Shown here: piece by piece, positions 14,801 through 29,056 of the stretch | Layout: every line of letters starts with the position of its first letter | Position numbering within the stretch: position 1 is the stretch's first letter | Source: Macrostomum lignano | Taxonomy: Eukaryota | Direction of reading: 5' to 3' | NCBI GenBank assembly: GCA_002269645.1 | Contig: NIVC01001679.1 | Span: 62,001-126,000 of the forward strand | Length of the DNA stretch: 64,000 nt | Translations under genes and position numbers: made by a program | The notes under the pieces: generated by a model | Databases searched by the model: none | The model's input: only the letters and a program-made list of their open reading frames with translations | What the model was told of the DNA's origin: nothing

Positions 14801-14962
14801 ATCCCATTCCTCTGAGATTCAGGAATTCCATTCCCCTGAGATTCAGGAATCCCATTCCTCTGAGATTCAGGAATCCCATTCCTCTGAGATTCAGGAATCC
14901 TATTCCCCTGAGATTCAGGAATCCCATTCCTCTGAGATTCAGGAATCCCATTCCTCTGAGAT
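11893..14962. repeat. 24-bp minisatellite (GATTCAGGAATCCCATTCCYCTGA), about 128 copies
   Basis: 8-aa periodicity RFRNPIPL. Confidence 0.97.
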
Positions 14963-15034
14963 CCTCTTTATATTGCTTAAGAAAATTTTGTTTAGTGAGA
15001 TACTAAATCATAGTTTATTTCATAATCTGTTGAT

Positions 15035-16968
15035 GAATACTCAAGGCGCCATTGACTGCGCGCCATTAAATACTCAAGGCGCCAATGGAACAGGCGCTCT
15101 ATTAAATACTCAAGGCGCCAATGGAACAGGCGCGCTATTAAATACTCAAGGCGCCAATGGAACAGGCGCTCTATTAAATACTCAAGGCGCCAATGGAACA
15201 GGCGCGCTATTAAATACTCAAGGCGCCAATTGACTGCGCGCGCTATTAAATACTTAAGGCGCGAATGGAACAGGCGCGCTATTAAATACTCAAGGCGCCA
15301 ATGGAACAGGCGCGCTATTAAATACTCAAGGCGCGAATGGAACAGGCGCGCTATTAAATACTCAAGGCGCCAATGGAACAGGCGCGCTATTAAATACTCA
15401 AGGTGCCAATGGAACAGGCGCGCTATTAAATACTCAAGGCGCCAATGGAACAGGCGCGCTATTAAATACTCAAGGCGCCAATTGACTGCGCGCGCTATTA
15501 AATACTCAAGGCGCGAATGGAACAGGCGCGCTATTAAATACTCAAGGCGCCAATGGAACAGGCGCGCTATTAAATACTCAAGGCGCGAATGGAACAGGCG
15601 CGCTATTAAATACTCAAGGCGCCAATGGAACAGGTGTGCTATTAAATACTCAAGGCGCCAATGGAACAGGCGCGCTATTAAATACTCAAGGCGCCAATGG
15701 AACAGGCGCGCTATTAAATACTCAAGGCGTCAATTGAACAGGCGCGCTATTAAATACTCAAGGCGCCAATGGAACAGGCGCGCTATTAAATACTCAAGGC
15801 GCCAATGGAACAGGCGCGCTATTAAATACTCAAGGCGCCAATGGAACAGGCGCGCTATTAAATACTCAAGGCGCCAATGGAACAGGCGCGCTATTAAATA
15901 CTCAAGGCGTCAATTGAACAGGCGCGCTATTAAATACTCAAGGCGCCAATGGAACAGGCGCGCTATTAAATACTCAAGGCGTCAATTGAACAGGCGCGCT
16001 ATTAAATACTCAAGGCGCCAATGGAACAGGCGCGCTATTAAATACTCAAGGCGTCAATTGAACAGGCGCGCTATTAAATACTCAAGGCGTCAATTGAACA
16101 GGCGCGCTATTAAATACTCAAGGCGCCAATGGAACAGGCGCGCTATTAAATACTCAAGGCGTCAATTGAACAGGCGCGCTATTAAATACTCAAGGCGTCA
16201 ATTGAACAGGCGCGCTATTAAATACTCAAGGCGTCAATTGAACAGGCGCGCTATTAAATACTCAAGGCGTCAATTGAACAGGCGCGCTATTAAATACTCA
16301 AGGCGTCAATTGAACAGGCGCGCTATTAAATACTCAAGGCGTCAATTGAACAGGCGCGCTATTAAATACTCAAGGCGTCAATTGAACAGGCGCGCTATTA
16401 AATACTCAAGGCGCCAATGGAACAGGCGCGCTATTAAATACTCAAGGCGTCAATTGAACAGGCGCGCTATTAAATACTCAAGGCGCCAATTGAACAGGCG
16501 CGCTATTAAATACTCAAGGCGCCAATGGAACAGGCGCGCTATTAAATACTCAAGGCGTCAATTGAACAGGCGCGCTATTAAATACTCAAGGCGCCAATTG
16601 AACAGGCGCGCTATTAAATACTCAAGGCGCCAATGGAACAGGCGCGCTATTAAATACTCAAGGCGTCAATTGAACAGGCGCGCTATTAAATACTCAAGGC
16701 GTCAATTGAACAGGCGCGCTATTAAATACTCAAGGCGCCAATGGAACAGGCGCGCTATTAAATACTCAAGGCGCCAATTGAACAGGCGCGCTATTAAATA
16801 CTCAAGGCGCCAATTGACTGCGCGCGCTATTAAATACTCAAGGCGCCAATGGAACAGGCGCGCTATTAAATACTCAAGGCGCCAATTGACTGCGCGCGCT
16901 ATTAAATACTCAAGGCGCCAATTGACTGCGCGCGCTATTAAATACTCAAGGCGCCAATTGAACAGGCA
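15035..16968. repeat. 36-bp GGCGCC-containing minisatellite
   Basis: GGCGCGCTATTAAATACTCAAGGCGCCAATGGAACA; 12-aa periodicity. Confidence 0.97.
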
Positions 16969-17854
16969 CCACTAATTAGTTGCTAAACGCTATAAAATGT
17001 GTCAACCAGTTAACACTCGGCAGAAAACGCGGGGCCCTGATAAAATTCAATTGAAAATCGTTTCCAACTGAAGTTTGAACGGGAATGTGAGGGGGGGGCA
17101 TAGTAGCCAGCATGCACACACTTAACTTCAGCTGTTGACCGTTTCAATTCAATTCGAATGGTGAAAATATGTGTATATATATGCATATCGGTAGAACCAA
17201 AGCCCAGGATCGACGCAGAGAGCATCTACTCATAGAGAGGGAATAGACTCAAGATGATGACACTTCAATTCGTGCGTTAAAAATTAGCCGAATTGCGATA
17301 TAAATAAGGCATTCTTGAGCTTTAGACATAGCTTGATATATAGTGTTTCAACAACTGGAGTGGGGGTTGGCTGAGGAGGTCTTTTACACACACACGCGGC
17401 CGTGAACTGAGATTGAGTTGGGAATTTTGGGATCCAAGTGAAGCCATTTGGCGTGTAATATTTACGTGTGATATATGAGGGCTTGGTTTGGCTTGAAATA
17501 TTGAAAAAGAAATTGGGAAGCGGCGATCTCGAAAAAAATTCCCATACTTAAGTTGCTCACATCTGGGCGTTTAGTAACTCAATCTCCTCTGACGCGGCCG
17601 GTCACAAAAATGGGAGAGGAGAACAGGGGGGGGGTTGAGCAGCATGACTGACATTCGATTTCCTAATGAGGTTAATTTTCTTACCCTAGAGACTCTTCCA
17701 GTTCGCATAGTTAACGGTCCCAGAGATTTATAATTCGAGTAAATAGAGCTTGATTTCAATATTAATTGATTGATGACACACAATATGCTACCAGTTTTAT
17801 TTTCTTTACTATATGCTGCTCCTTTACTTCATGTTTTGCTCTATTTTTTATTTG

Positions 17855-19875
17855 TTGGCGCCATGAGACAGAGTAGCCAGTGTTTGGCGCCATGAGAAAA
17901 GCCTGTGTTTGGCGCCATGAGACAGAGTAGCCAGTGTTTGGCGCCACGAGAAAAGCCTGTGTTTGGCGCCATGAGACAGAGTAGCCAGTGTTTGGCACCA
18001 TGAGAAAAGCCTGTGTTTGGCGCCATGAGACAGAGTAGCCAGTGTTTGGCGCCACGAGAAAAGCCTGTGTTTGGCGCCATGAGACAGAGTAGCCAGTGTT
18101 TGGCGCCACGAGAAAAGCCTGTGTTTGGCGCCATGAGACAGAGTAGCCAGTGTTTGGCGCCATGAGAAAAGCCAGTGTTTGGCGCCATGAGAAAAGCCTG
18201 TGTTTGGCGCCATGAGACAGAGTAGCCAGTGTTTGGCGCCATGAGAAAAGCCTGTGTTTGGCGCCATGAGACAGAGTAGCCATTGTTTGGCGCCATGAGA
18301 AAAGCCAGTGTTTGGCACCATGAGAAAAGCCAGTGCTTGGCGCCATGAGAAAAGCCAGTGCTTGGCACCATGAGAAAAGCCAGTGTTTGGCACCATGAGA
18401 AAAGCCAGTGTTTGGCGCCATGAGAAAAGCCAGTGTTTGGTGCCACGATAAAAGCCAGTGCTTAGGCGCCATGAGAAAAGCCAGTGCTTGGCGCCATGAG
18501 AAAAGCCAGTGTTTGGCGCCATGAGAAAAGCCAGTACAGTGTTTGGCACCATGAGAAAAGCCACTGCTTGGCGCCATGAGAAAAGCCAGTGCTTGGCACT
18601 ATGAGAAAAGCCAGTGTTTGGCGCCATGAGAAAAGCCAGTGTTTGGCGCCATGAGAAAAGCCAGTACAGTGTTTGGCACCATGAGAAAAGCCAGTGCTTG
18701 GCGCCATGAGAAAAGCCAGTGCTTGGCACCATGAGAAAAGCCAGTGTTTGGCACCATGAGAAAAGCCAGTGTTTGGCGCCATGAGAAAAGCCAGTGTTTG
18801 GCACCATGAGAAAAGCCAGTGTTTGGCACCATGAGAAAAGCCAGTGTTTGGTGCCACGATAAAAGCCAGTGCTTAGGCGCCACGAGAAAAGCCAGTACAG
18901 TGCTTGGCACCATGAGAAAAGCCAGTACAGTGCTTGGCACCATGAGAAAAGCCAGTACAGTGCTTGGCACCATGAGAAAAGCCAGTACAGTGCTTGGCAC
19001 CATGAGAAAAGCCTGTGCTTGGCGCCATGCGAAAAGCCAGTGTTTGGCACCATGAGAAAAGCCAGTGTTTGGCGCCATGAGAAAAGCCAGTACAGTGTTT
19101 GGCACCATGAGAAAAGTCAGTACAGTGTTTGGCACCATGAGAAAAGCCTGTGTTTGGCACCATGAGAAAAGCCAGTACAGTGTTTGGCACCATGAGAAAA
19201 GCCTGTGTTTGGCGCCATGAGAAAAGCCAGTACAGTGTTTGGCACCATGAGAAAAGGCAGTGTTTGGCGCCATGAGAAAAGCCAGTACAGTGTTTGGCAC
19301 CATGAGAAAAGCCACTGCTTGGCGCCATGAGAAAAGCCAGTGCTTGGCACTATGAGAAAAGCCAGTGTTTGGCACCATGAGAAAAGGCAGTGTTTGGCGC
19401 CATGAGAAAAGCCAGTACAGTGTGTTGGCACCATGAGAAAAGCCAGTACAGTGTTTGGCACCATGAGAAAAGTCAGTACAGTGTTTGGCACCATGAGAAA
19501 AGCCAGTGCTTGGCACCATGAGAAAAGCCAGTGTTTGACACCTTGAGAAAAGGCAGTGTTTAGCGCCATGAGAAAAGCCAGTGTTTGGCACCATGAGAAA
19601 AGCCTGTGTTTAGCGCCACGAGAAAAGCCAGTGTTTGGTGCCACGAGAAAAGCCAGTGCTTAGGCGCCATGAGAGAAGCCAGTGCTTGGTGCCATGAGAA
19701 AAGCCAGTGCTTGGCGCCATGAGAAAAGCCAGTGCTTGGCGCCATGAGAAAAGCCAGTGCTTGGCGCCATGAGAGAAGCCAGTGCTTGGCGCCATGAGAA
19801 AAGCCAGTGCTTGGCGCCATGAGAAAAGCCAGTGCTTGGCGCCATGAGAAAAGCCAGTGCTTGGCGCCATGAGAG
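17855..19875. repeat. 25-bp (28/30-bp variants) GGCGCC-containing minisatellite
   Basis: GAAAAGCCAGTGTTTGGCGCCATGA. Confidence 0.96.
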
Positions 19876-21086
19876 TTGTCAGTTTAAAATCATGTTATTA
19901 TAGTCAGGCAGCCCTAGAGCTGTAAATTCAGAATCCAGAAAAGAAAAGGCCAAGAAAGCCAGCACAGGAAGTCGGCAGTTGAAGTCCGGCCTTGACGAAG
20001 AAGGAAGGAGTCGTTAAAAAAGCCACAGCCAAAAAAAAGGCTCGGAAGTGACAATGCAAAGTCGTTAAAGAAAACATTTTATTAACTATTTTAATCCGCT
20101 TGCTGCTACTGCAAGCAGAAAAGAATCAAATTTGCACACAGGAGGCAGCTGAGGGGTGAGCGTCATTAAAATCGAAGGAGGAGAAAGCTTGGGAAAAAAG
20201 GCAAACACGTCTTAAACACAGAATATTGGATATCATAAATTCAGGCTTACCCAAACTGGTAATTCACCATAAATCATTTTTCCTCAATGCGCATCTGCGT
20301 TGAGAATGCGAATATTTCTACCTATACTCCTTGGTCTTGACTTTATGTTGTTGTTTAGAACTAAATTGAAAATATCTCACCTTCTGGACTGGAATTTCTA
20401 ATTTAGCTGTCCATGAACCTTATCAAAGACCTCAGTTGCTTGCGGCACGGCACGTATTAAGCAGTCTAAATGCAATTTCGCTTAGCTAACAATCCTTAGA
20501 AACCCTCCAATTCTTTTTGGCATTCATCGCAGCGCTGCCTAAGCATCACGCACTGCTCTTATTTGTGCTGTTTTACTATCTAAATCCTTTTTCTACACAG
20601 TTTTAAACGAACCAAGTTGTGACCCTTGACATCGCTGGGCGCGTGTTAAGTGTATCAGAAACTGTGCGCCTCACTGGCCTCAATTTAAGAGTATCAGTGC
20701 TTTTTTTCTCTCTTCTGTGTTTCTATACTAGCGCCATGGCTCGTTAGGTGACAGATTACTCGCTTCAAGGCGGGCGAGTGGGTAATTTCAGTGTCTAAGA
20801 AGATGACGCTCCAGTTCTCGTTACCTTTGCTCAGCTCGCTTCTTAATTGTTTTCCTTCTACTCGTAATCAAGCGAATGGCGTTGCTTTTCACGCTTTTCT
20901 CTAGAATCTGATACGAGTATTCTGTCTCTGAGCAGGCTGTCTTTTTTTCTCTATTCTGTTAACGCCATTGTTAGCCGTATAACATATATCACAATTTATA
21001 ACTAATTACTGTTTATATATTCTAGGCTAGTTTAGGGTTCAGCTTAGGATGGCTTAGCTGTAGCAGTATGTAGCTGTTCAGCTTTT

Positions 21087-21985
21087 CCTGGTTGCTATCG
21101 GCGCCTTTCCTGGTTGCCTCTTGGCGCCTTTCCTAGTTGCTATCGGCGCCTTTCCTGGTTGCTATCGGCGCCTTTCCTGGTTGCTATCGGCGCCTTTCCT
21201 GGTTGCCTCTTGGCGCCTTTCCTGGTTGCTATCGGCGCCTTTCCTGGTTGCCTCTTGGCGCCTTCCCTGGTTGCCTCTTGGCGCCTTCCCTGGTTGCTAT
21301 CGGCGCCTTTCCTGGTTGCCTCTTGGCGCCTTCCCTGGTTGCCTCTTGGCGCCTTTCCTAGTTGCTATCGGCGCCTTTCCTGGTTGCTATCGGCGCCTTT
21401 CCTGGTTGCCTCTTGGCGCCTTTCCTGGTTGCTATCGGCGCCTTTCCTGGTTGCCTCTTGGCGCCTTCCCTGGTTGCCTCTTGGCGCCTTCCCTGGTTGC
21501 TATCGGCGCCTTTCCTGGTTGCCTCTTGGCGCCTTCCCTGGTTGCCTCTTGGCGCCTTCCCTGGTTGCCTTGGCGCCTTTCCTGGTTGCTATCGGCGCCT
21601 TCCCTGGTTGCCTCTTGGCGCCTTCCCTGGTTGCCTTGGCGCCTTTCCTGGTTGCCTGGGATAGCTTAGCTGTAGCAGTATGTAGCTGTTCGGCTTTTAT
21701 AGATATCTTTGTTAGACACCCTTCACTGGTAGCCTTTGGCGCCTTCCCTGGTTGCTATCGGCGCCTTCCCTGGTTGCTATCGGCGGCTTCCCTGGTTGCT
21801 ATCGGCGCCTTCCCTGGTTGCCATCGGCGCCTTCCCTGGTTGCCTCTTGGCGCCTTTCCTGATTGCTTTGGCGCCTTTCTGGTTGCCTCTTGGCGCCTTC
21901 CCTGGTTGCTTTTGGCGCCTTCCCTGGTTGCTTTTGGCACCTTCCCTTGTTGCTTTTGGCGCTTTCCCTGGTTGCCTTTCGCACC
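21087..21985. repeat. 22/23-bp GGCGCC-containing minisatellite
   Basis: GGCGCCTTTCCTGGTTGCTATC / GGCGCCTTCCCTGGTTGCCTCTT. Confidence 0.95.
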
Positions 21986-22699
21986 TTCTCTCGTTGACTC
22001 TTGCGCTTTTCCAGTGTTTCTTCCCGATGTCTTCCGGATGATCATGGCAAAAATCAGTGGAACACAGTTTGTTTGATCAGTATAACGCAGCTACTCAAGA
22101 GACAGTGGAATTTGTGCTGGTATCCTGCTGTGATCTTAAACAGAAGTGTTTGCCATAAGCGCGTTGCCAGGCCTCGAACTTATTGCAACTGTCAAATTAA
22201 AGCGAGTTAAAACAAAAAATCTTGCAGTTGGTAAAACAAACAGTTGGCCTAAAACCCGAAGACTTTTTTTAATATTTGACAGTGTGGCCATGAAGTTTAG
22301 TGCAGTTGATTATTGATGGTTCCCTTTTTTGTCCAACTTAAAACACCTGCTTAATTTTGCTAGCCTTTCACGGGCGGCACGGAAACCCCTTTTACCTACC
22401 GCGAAGAAATTGTTCTCAAGCAAATAAAGAAAGTTCAATGAATGCTTTGTTTAATCCGGCTGTTTGAAATAAGTGATTTTATTGAGTTGCTCGGGCGCGT
22501 GACAAATTGTGTGATTGTTTGAAGCTGGGGGGAATTTCTCACTTGATGCGAATTTTTATCTCACAACTATCGCCTAATGGCTTGGGGACAGATAATATCG
22601 AGCGCTGTTCTCTGCTTGGGAAGTTTTTCTTGTCTACAAAAGTTGCCAGAATGGGAATGGCTGTGAAGGGAAGTGTGAAGAATAGAGAAAGACAATGAG

Positions 22700-23020
22700 A
22701 AAGAAGGGGAGACAGAAAATGGAGAGGGGGAGAGGAGGCAGAGAGGTAGACAGTGGAGAGACTGAGGACGGTGAGAGGGAGACAGAGGAGACAGATAGGG
22801 AGACAGAGGAGACAGAGAGGGAGATAGAGGAGACAGAGAGGGAGATAGAGGAGATGGAGAAGACAGAGAAGACAGAGAGGGAGACGGAGGAGACAGAGAA
22901 GGAGACAAAGGAGACAGAGAGGGAGACAGAGGAGACAGAGAAGGAGACAGAGAAGTAGACAAAGGAGACAGAGAGGGAGACAAAGGAGACAGAGAAGGGT
23001 AATGGAGCAGTGGACGGGAA
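22700..23020. repeat. GA-rich low-complexity repeat (GAGACAGAG)
   Basis: Direct inspection. Confidence 0.85.
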
Positions 23021-23494
23021 GACAGAGGCAGAGGATGTAGCGATAAGGGAAGCAGGTGAGGGAGAAAGGAGTAGGACAATTATGCAGGTATTATTTATCC
23101 CATCAATAAAAAGCCGCCCAGCGTCAAAAAAGCGAGAGAGACTAAGCGCAGAAAAGTGAGCCACCTCAGTTTGATAGAATTAAATTGTTCAAACTGCGTT
23201 AATGTCACGTTTTCATCTCGTCCAAAGAACTCGTTTTTAACACTTGGTTAGCAGAGTCTCTTTTGTCTGCACGAGTTTACCAGTAAGTAGATAGGCTCTA
23301 AGTTTTTAATTCGTCTATTTATCAGTCTGCAGTGCTGCTTCTATTTTGTTTTAAATAGATACGGTTGTGTTCACAATGCCCCCTCCCCCGTTTGAAAACT
23401 TTGCTTGCTTGAGTTTTTGTGGTTGGAGTGGCGACACATGCTGCTGGGTATATGCCATCCTTTTTTCTCATTTCATTTCATTATTCTTTCCTCT

Positions 23495-23531
<37 letters not shown>

Positions 23532-23964
23532 CAGATCGTGCTCTCTGCATGAATTTTTGATTCTAATATTGCTCTGCATCTGTCCACAGCCTGGGCGCGA
23601 CATTTTGTCTGGGGGCGATTCCTGAGGTTATGCTGCTCTGCTCTTGTGGACAATTAACACACACACACACCTGAAATTTGATGCAGCACTGAGAGTATGA
23701 GTGAGAGAGAGAGAGGGCTTACAGCCAGGCTTACAGCTTGTATCTAAGAGTTTTAAATTGATTGTGTCTGTAATAAGGAAGCGACTTCAACTGCAATTTC
23801 AATGATTGACTAAGTCCAGTTGGAATTCCAACGCTAGCTGGGCACATAGTGGGCGGGGCATGTAGGGGCATTTCGGGGCCCGCGCCCACCAACCAATTTC
23901 AACTAATATCAGTAGCTCAACTTTTGCCACCTCTTGGACGAAGCCATTCACCAGCCTAAGCGGC

Positions 23965-24365
23965 AGGGGGCGCCAACCAAGAGACAGGGGGCGCCAACCA
24001 AGAGACAAGTGGCGCCAACCAAGAGACAGGGGGCGCCAACCAAGAGACAGGGGGCGCCAACCAAGAGACAGGGGGCGCCAACCAAGAGACAAGTGGCGCC
24101 AACCAAGAGACAGGGGGCGCCAACGAAGAGACAGGGGGCGCCAACCAAGAGACAGGGGGGCGCCAACCAAGAGACAGGGGGCGCCAACCAAGAGACAGGG
24201 GGCGCCAACCAAGAGACAGGGGGCGCCAACCAAGAGACAGGGGGCGCCAACCAAGAGACAAGTGGCGCCAACCAAGAGACAGGGGGCGCCAACCAAGAGA
24301 CAGGGGGGCGCCAACCAAGAGACAGGGGGCGCCAACCAAGAGACAGTGGCGCCAACCAAGAGGCA
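23965..24365. repeat. 21/22-bp GGCGCC-containing minisatellite
   Basis: GGCGCCAACCAAGAGACAGGG. Confidence 0.95.
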
Positions 24366-24681
24366 GGGGCACTCATTAAAACACAAATATTGATGCGTGT
24401 GTTTGTTTTCCTAAAAAGCTGAATAATAAGGTGTGGAATGTTAAGTAGAAAACTTATGCCATTATATTCATTTATATTAAAACAATAATATAAATGATAA
24501 AGAAATAATAACATACATATTTTTGTATGTTTTAAAACTGTATTATCTCTTATTGATTTCTCTAACCGGATTTTAGGCTTGTACAGGAAATTATCATAAT
24601 TTCTAAGGGAATCGCTTGTTCAAATAAAATTAGTCAATATTTATGTTTTGGCTTGTTGCCAATACAATTAGGAATCCGTAA

Positions 24682-26224
24682 TGGAAGATAGAACAGCTAG
24701 AATCGGAGATAGAACAGCCATAATGGGAGGTAGAACAGACAGAATGGGAGATAGAACAGACAGAATGGGAGATAGAACAGACCGAATGGGAGATAGAACA
24801 GACAGAATGGGAGATAGAACAGACCGAATGGGAGATAGAACAGACCGAATGGGAGATAGAACAGCCATAATGGGAGATAGAACAGACAGAATGGGAGATA
24901 GAACAGCCATAATGGGAGATAGAACAGACAGAATGGGAGATAGAACAGCTAGAATGGGCGATAGAACAGCTAGAATGGGAGATAGAACAGCCATAATGGG
25001 AGATAGAACAGACAGAATGGGAGATAGAACAGACCGAATGGGAGATAGAACAGACCGAATGGGAGATAGAACAGCCATAATGGAAGATAGAACAGCTATA
25101 ATGGGCGATAGAACAGCTAGAATGGGCGATAGAACAGCTAGAATGGGAGATAGAACAGCCATAATGGGAGATAGAACAGCCATAATGGGAGATAGAACAG
25201 CCATAATGGGAGATAGAACAGCTAGAATGGGCGATAGAACAGCCATAATGGGAGATAGAACAGCCATAATGGGAGATAGAACAGACAGAATGGGAGATAG
25301 AACAGACAGAATGGGAGATAGAACAGACCGAATGGGAGATAGAACAGACAGAATAGGAGATAGAACAGACCGAATGGGAGATAGAACAGACAGAATGGGA
25401 GATAGAACAGACCGAATGGGAGATAGAACAGACAGAATGGGAGATAGAACAGACCGAATGGGAGATAGAACAGACAGAATGGGAGATAGAACAGCCATAA
25501 TGGGAGATAGAACAGACAGAATGGGAGATAGAACAGCTAGAATGGGCGATAGAACAGCTAGAATGGGAGATAGAACAGCTAGAATGGGCGATAGAACAGC
25601 TAGAATGGGAGATAGAACAGCCATAATGGGAGATAGAACAGCCATAATGGGAGATAGAACAGCCATAATGGGAGATAGAACAGCTAGAATGGGCGATAGA
25701 ACAGCTAGAATGGGAGATAGAACAGCCATAATGGGAGATAGAACAGCCATAATGGGAGATAGAACAGACAGAATGGGAGATAGAACAGACCGAATGGGAG
25801 ATAGAACAGACAGAATGGGAGATAGAACAGACCGAATGGGAGATAGAACAGCCATAATGGGAGATAGAACAGCTAGAATGGGCGATAGAACAGCTAGAAT
25901 GGGAGATAGAACAGCCATAATGGGAGATAGAACAGACAGAATGGGAGATAGAACAGACAGAATGGGAGATAGAACAGACCGAATGGGAGATAGAACAGAC
26001 AGAATGGGAGATAGAACAGACCGAATGGGAGATAGAACAGACCGAATGGGAGATAGAACAGCCATAATGGGAGATAGAACAGCCATAATGGGAGATAGAA
26101 CAGCCAGAATGGGAGATAGAACAGCCATAATGGGAGATAGAACAGCCATAATGGGAGATAGAACAGCCATAATGGGAGATAGAACAGCCATAATGGGAGA
26201 TAGAACAGCCATAATGGGAGATAG
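24682..26224. repeat. 21-bp minisatellite (ATGGGAGATAGAACAGACAGA)
   Basis: 7-aa periodicity MGDRTDR/MGDRTAI. Confidence 0.97.
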
Positions 26225-26804
26225 TACTATAATTAAGTTTAAAGCACTGTTCTGCACTTTATTAAAATCGCCCCTAGAATAAATATGACTGAATTTGCAG
26301 TATGTTCAATTCATTAAATTTGAGAACAAGTGAGCGATAGGAGAAGAGAGATGACAGATTAGATATAAAATTGCCAAACAGAAAATTGTCAAACACACAC
26401 GCGACACTGCTACCTGTTCAGCTAGTTAATCAGCTTGTCAGAGAAATTGTTTTGTTGAACGGATTCCTACTAAATTACTCTTTAACCAAATCTTGTTCTC
26501 TTATCTGCTCAGCAATTTGAGCAGCTAATTTTGATTTCTAATAAGGGGCTCTCTTTCTCTTTCAGCGCGATAAAAAGCATAAAAACTATATTGAAATCAT
26601 GCCTGTCTGCTTATCTTTAGTCAGCAGTGCTGCTCTGGCATTCTTTGTGGCTGTTAATTATTCGAAATTGAAATCTTTTTAATTTTATTGCCTGGCTAGT
26701 ATTTTAGTAATTTTGCACCTGCTGGGTCTGCTTTTGATAGCGCAACTTTATAGCTTAATCAATGGCGCCTCTTTAAAGCAATTGGCTTTCATTGGCCATC
26801 TTGG

Positions 26805-27135
26805 TGGGGCTACTTGTGGCGCCTGTTTTGTTTTACATCTAAGTGGCGCCTGTTTTACATCTAGGTGGCGCTACTTGTGGCGCCTGTTTTGTTTTACATC
26901 TAAGTGGCGCCTGTTTTACATCTAAGTGGCGCTACTTGTGGCGCCTGTTTTGTTTTACATCTAAGTGGCGCTACTTGTGGCGCCTGTTTTGTTTTACATC
27001 TAAGTGGCGCTACTTGTGGCGCCTGTTTTGTTTTACATCTAAGTGGCGCTACTTGTGGCGCCTGTTTTACATCTAGGTGGCGCTACTTGTGGCGCCTATT
27101 TTACATCTAGGTGGCGCTACTTGTGGCACCTTTTT
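26805..27135. repeat. About 39-bp GGCGCC-containing minisatellite
   Basis: TCTAAGTGGCGCTACTTGTGGCGCCTGTTTTGTTTTACA. Confidence 0.9.
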
Positions 27136-27599
27136 GGCGCTAAACTTTGACGCAATTTTTAGTTAATTTCAGTTCCATTTGTATCAGCTAAATACAGGCA
27201 GAAAGGCAGAAATTAAGGGCCTTGGCTAAACCCAAGGAACACAAAAAACAATTGGTTTGTGTGTGCACACTGATTTCGGTGGTCGGTATTTAATGTTCCA
27301 TAAAGAGACACTCTGACCTTTGTATTCTTTTGCAGCAATTAAAGACTGTATACTGTATAGCTAGAGAAACCATACTGACTTTGCCAACACCTGATGCAAG
27401 CTGTCTATCAAATATTGTGGCTTAATCGGATTCAACTTTCTCTTGCATATTGGCTTCATTTATCTGTTCAAAGAAAGTTAAAACCTTAGGCGCTGTCCCA
27501 TTGTTGATATTGCATGCCTTCAAATAAACAGATTGCATTAAACAAAGAATTAAATGACGTTAAAAACTCAATCAACACGGATAAAGAAAAGAATTTCCG

Positions 27600-27864
<265 letters not shown>

Positions 27865-28621
27865 AGGACAGGAAGACTGAAATGATCTCGCAATATCGTT
27901 ATAAAGCTAGCAGTGGGACTCCAGATTTCATTAATAATTTTGTAAGCAGCACTTTTTACACGCGCAGAAACATTTTCAACAAGTTTAATCAATGTTGAAT
28001 TAATATTTATATTTCATATTCGTATACTCATATGCACTTGATAGTTTTGGGTAGGCAATGTGCACAATTGAAGGCAGAAATTTTGTTCATTTGTGACAGT
28101 GTTAATTACAATTCCATTAATATGCGATAGATTCCTATTATAATTATGAACAATAAAATGACTGTTACACACGCTTAGTTAAACAAATAAACAAATTATT
28201 AGTTTAAGTACAAATAAAGTCCACGTGGAGCTAAATTCTTCACCCGCATGGGGGGCTTTAAACAGAAAAATTGATCTAAGTTCTAAGTCATTTGTCTGAA
28301 CTGACTAGTATTAACAAAACCATTAGACATAATATTAATTAACAATTGATAGCAATGCGACCATTTTCGATAAGCAAGCTAATTTAAAAGTAGATTTTTT
28401 TGTACTTTTTTTCAATTAAAAAAGTAAAAATTAAATATGAAGTTACCTGTTGGATCTGTACAACATTGGGAGCAAGCAATATGATGATGATTTATGAATT
28501 ATGAAACATTTCTCAGTCTAGATGGACAGAAACAGGCAGATGTATAAGGACACACGGAGACTTATAATTGTGATATAAGTTTCAGTTTATGTAAAATCAT
28601 ATTTATATCGGTGCATTTGCA

Positions 28622-29050
28622 CCTGTGTGTCTCTGTGTGTTTATGAGTGTGCCTGTGTGTTTATGAGTATGCCTGTGTGTTTATGAGTGTGCCTGTGTGT
28701 TTATGACTCATTATGAGTGTGCCTGTGTGTTTATGAGTGTGCCTGTGTGTTTATGAGTGTGCCTGTGTGTTTATGAGTGTGCCTGTGTGTTTATGAGTGT
28801 GCCTGTGTGTTTATGAGTGTGCCTGTGTGTTTATGAGTGTGCCTGTGTGTTTATGTGTGTTTATGTGTGTTTATGACTCATTATGAGTGTGCCTGTGTGT
28901 TTATGAGTGTGCCTGTGTGTTTATGAGTGTGCCTGTGTGTTTATGAGTGTGCCTGTGTGTTTATGAGTGTGCCTGTGTGTTTATGAGTGTGCATGTGTGT
29001 TTATGAGTGTGCCTGTGAGTGAGTGAGTGAGCGAGTGAGTGAGTGAGTGT
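28622..29050. repeat. 20-bp minisatellite (GTGTGCCTGTGTGTTTATGA) directly after the Irx stop
   Basis: Direct inspection. Confidence 0.93.
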
Positions 29051-29056
29051 GTTTAA

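Noticed and set aside
11851-16975. 1051-aa, 726-aa, 715-aa and 581-aa ORFs
   Set aside because: Stop-free translations of 24-bp and 36-bp tandem units, open in several frames and on both strands; no non-repetitive domain or splice context.
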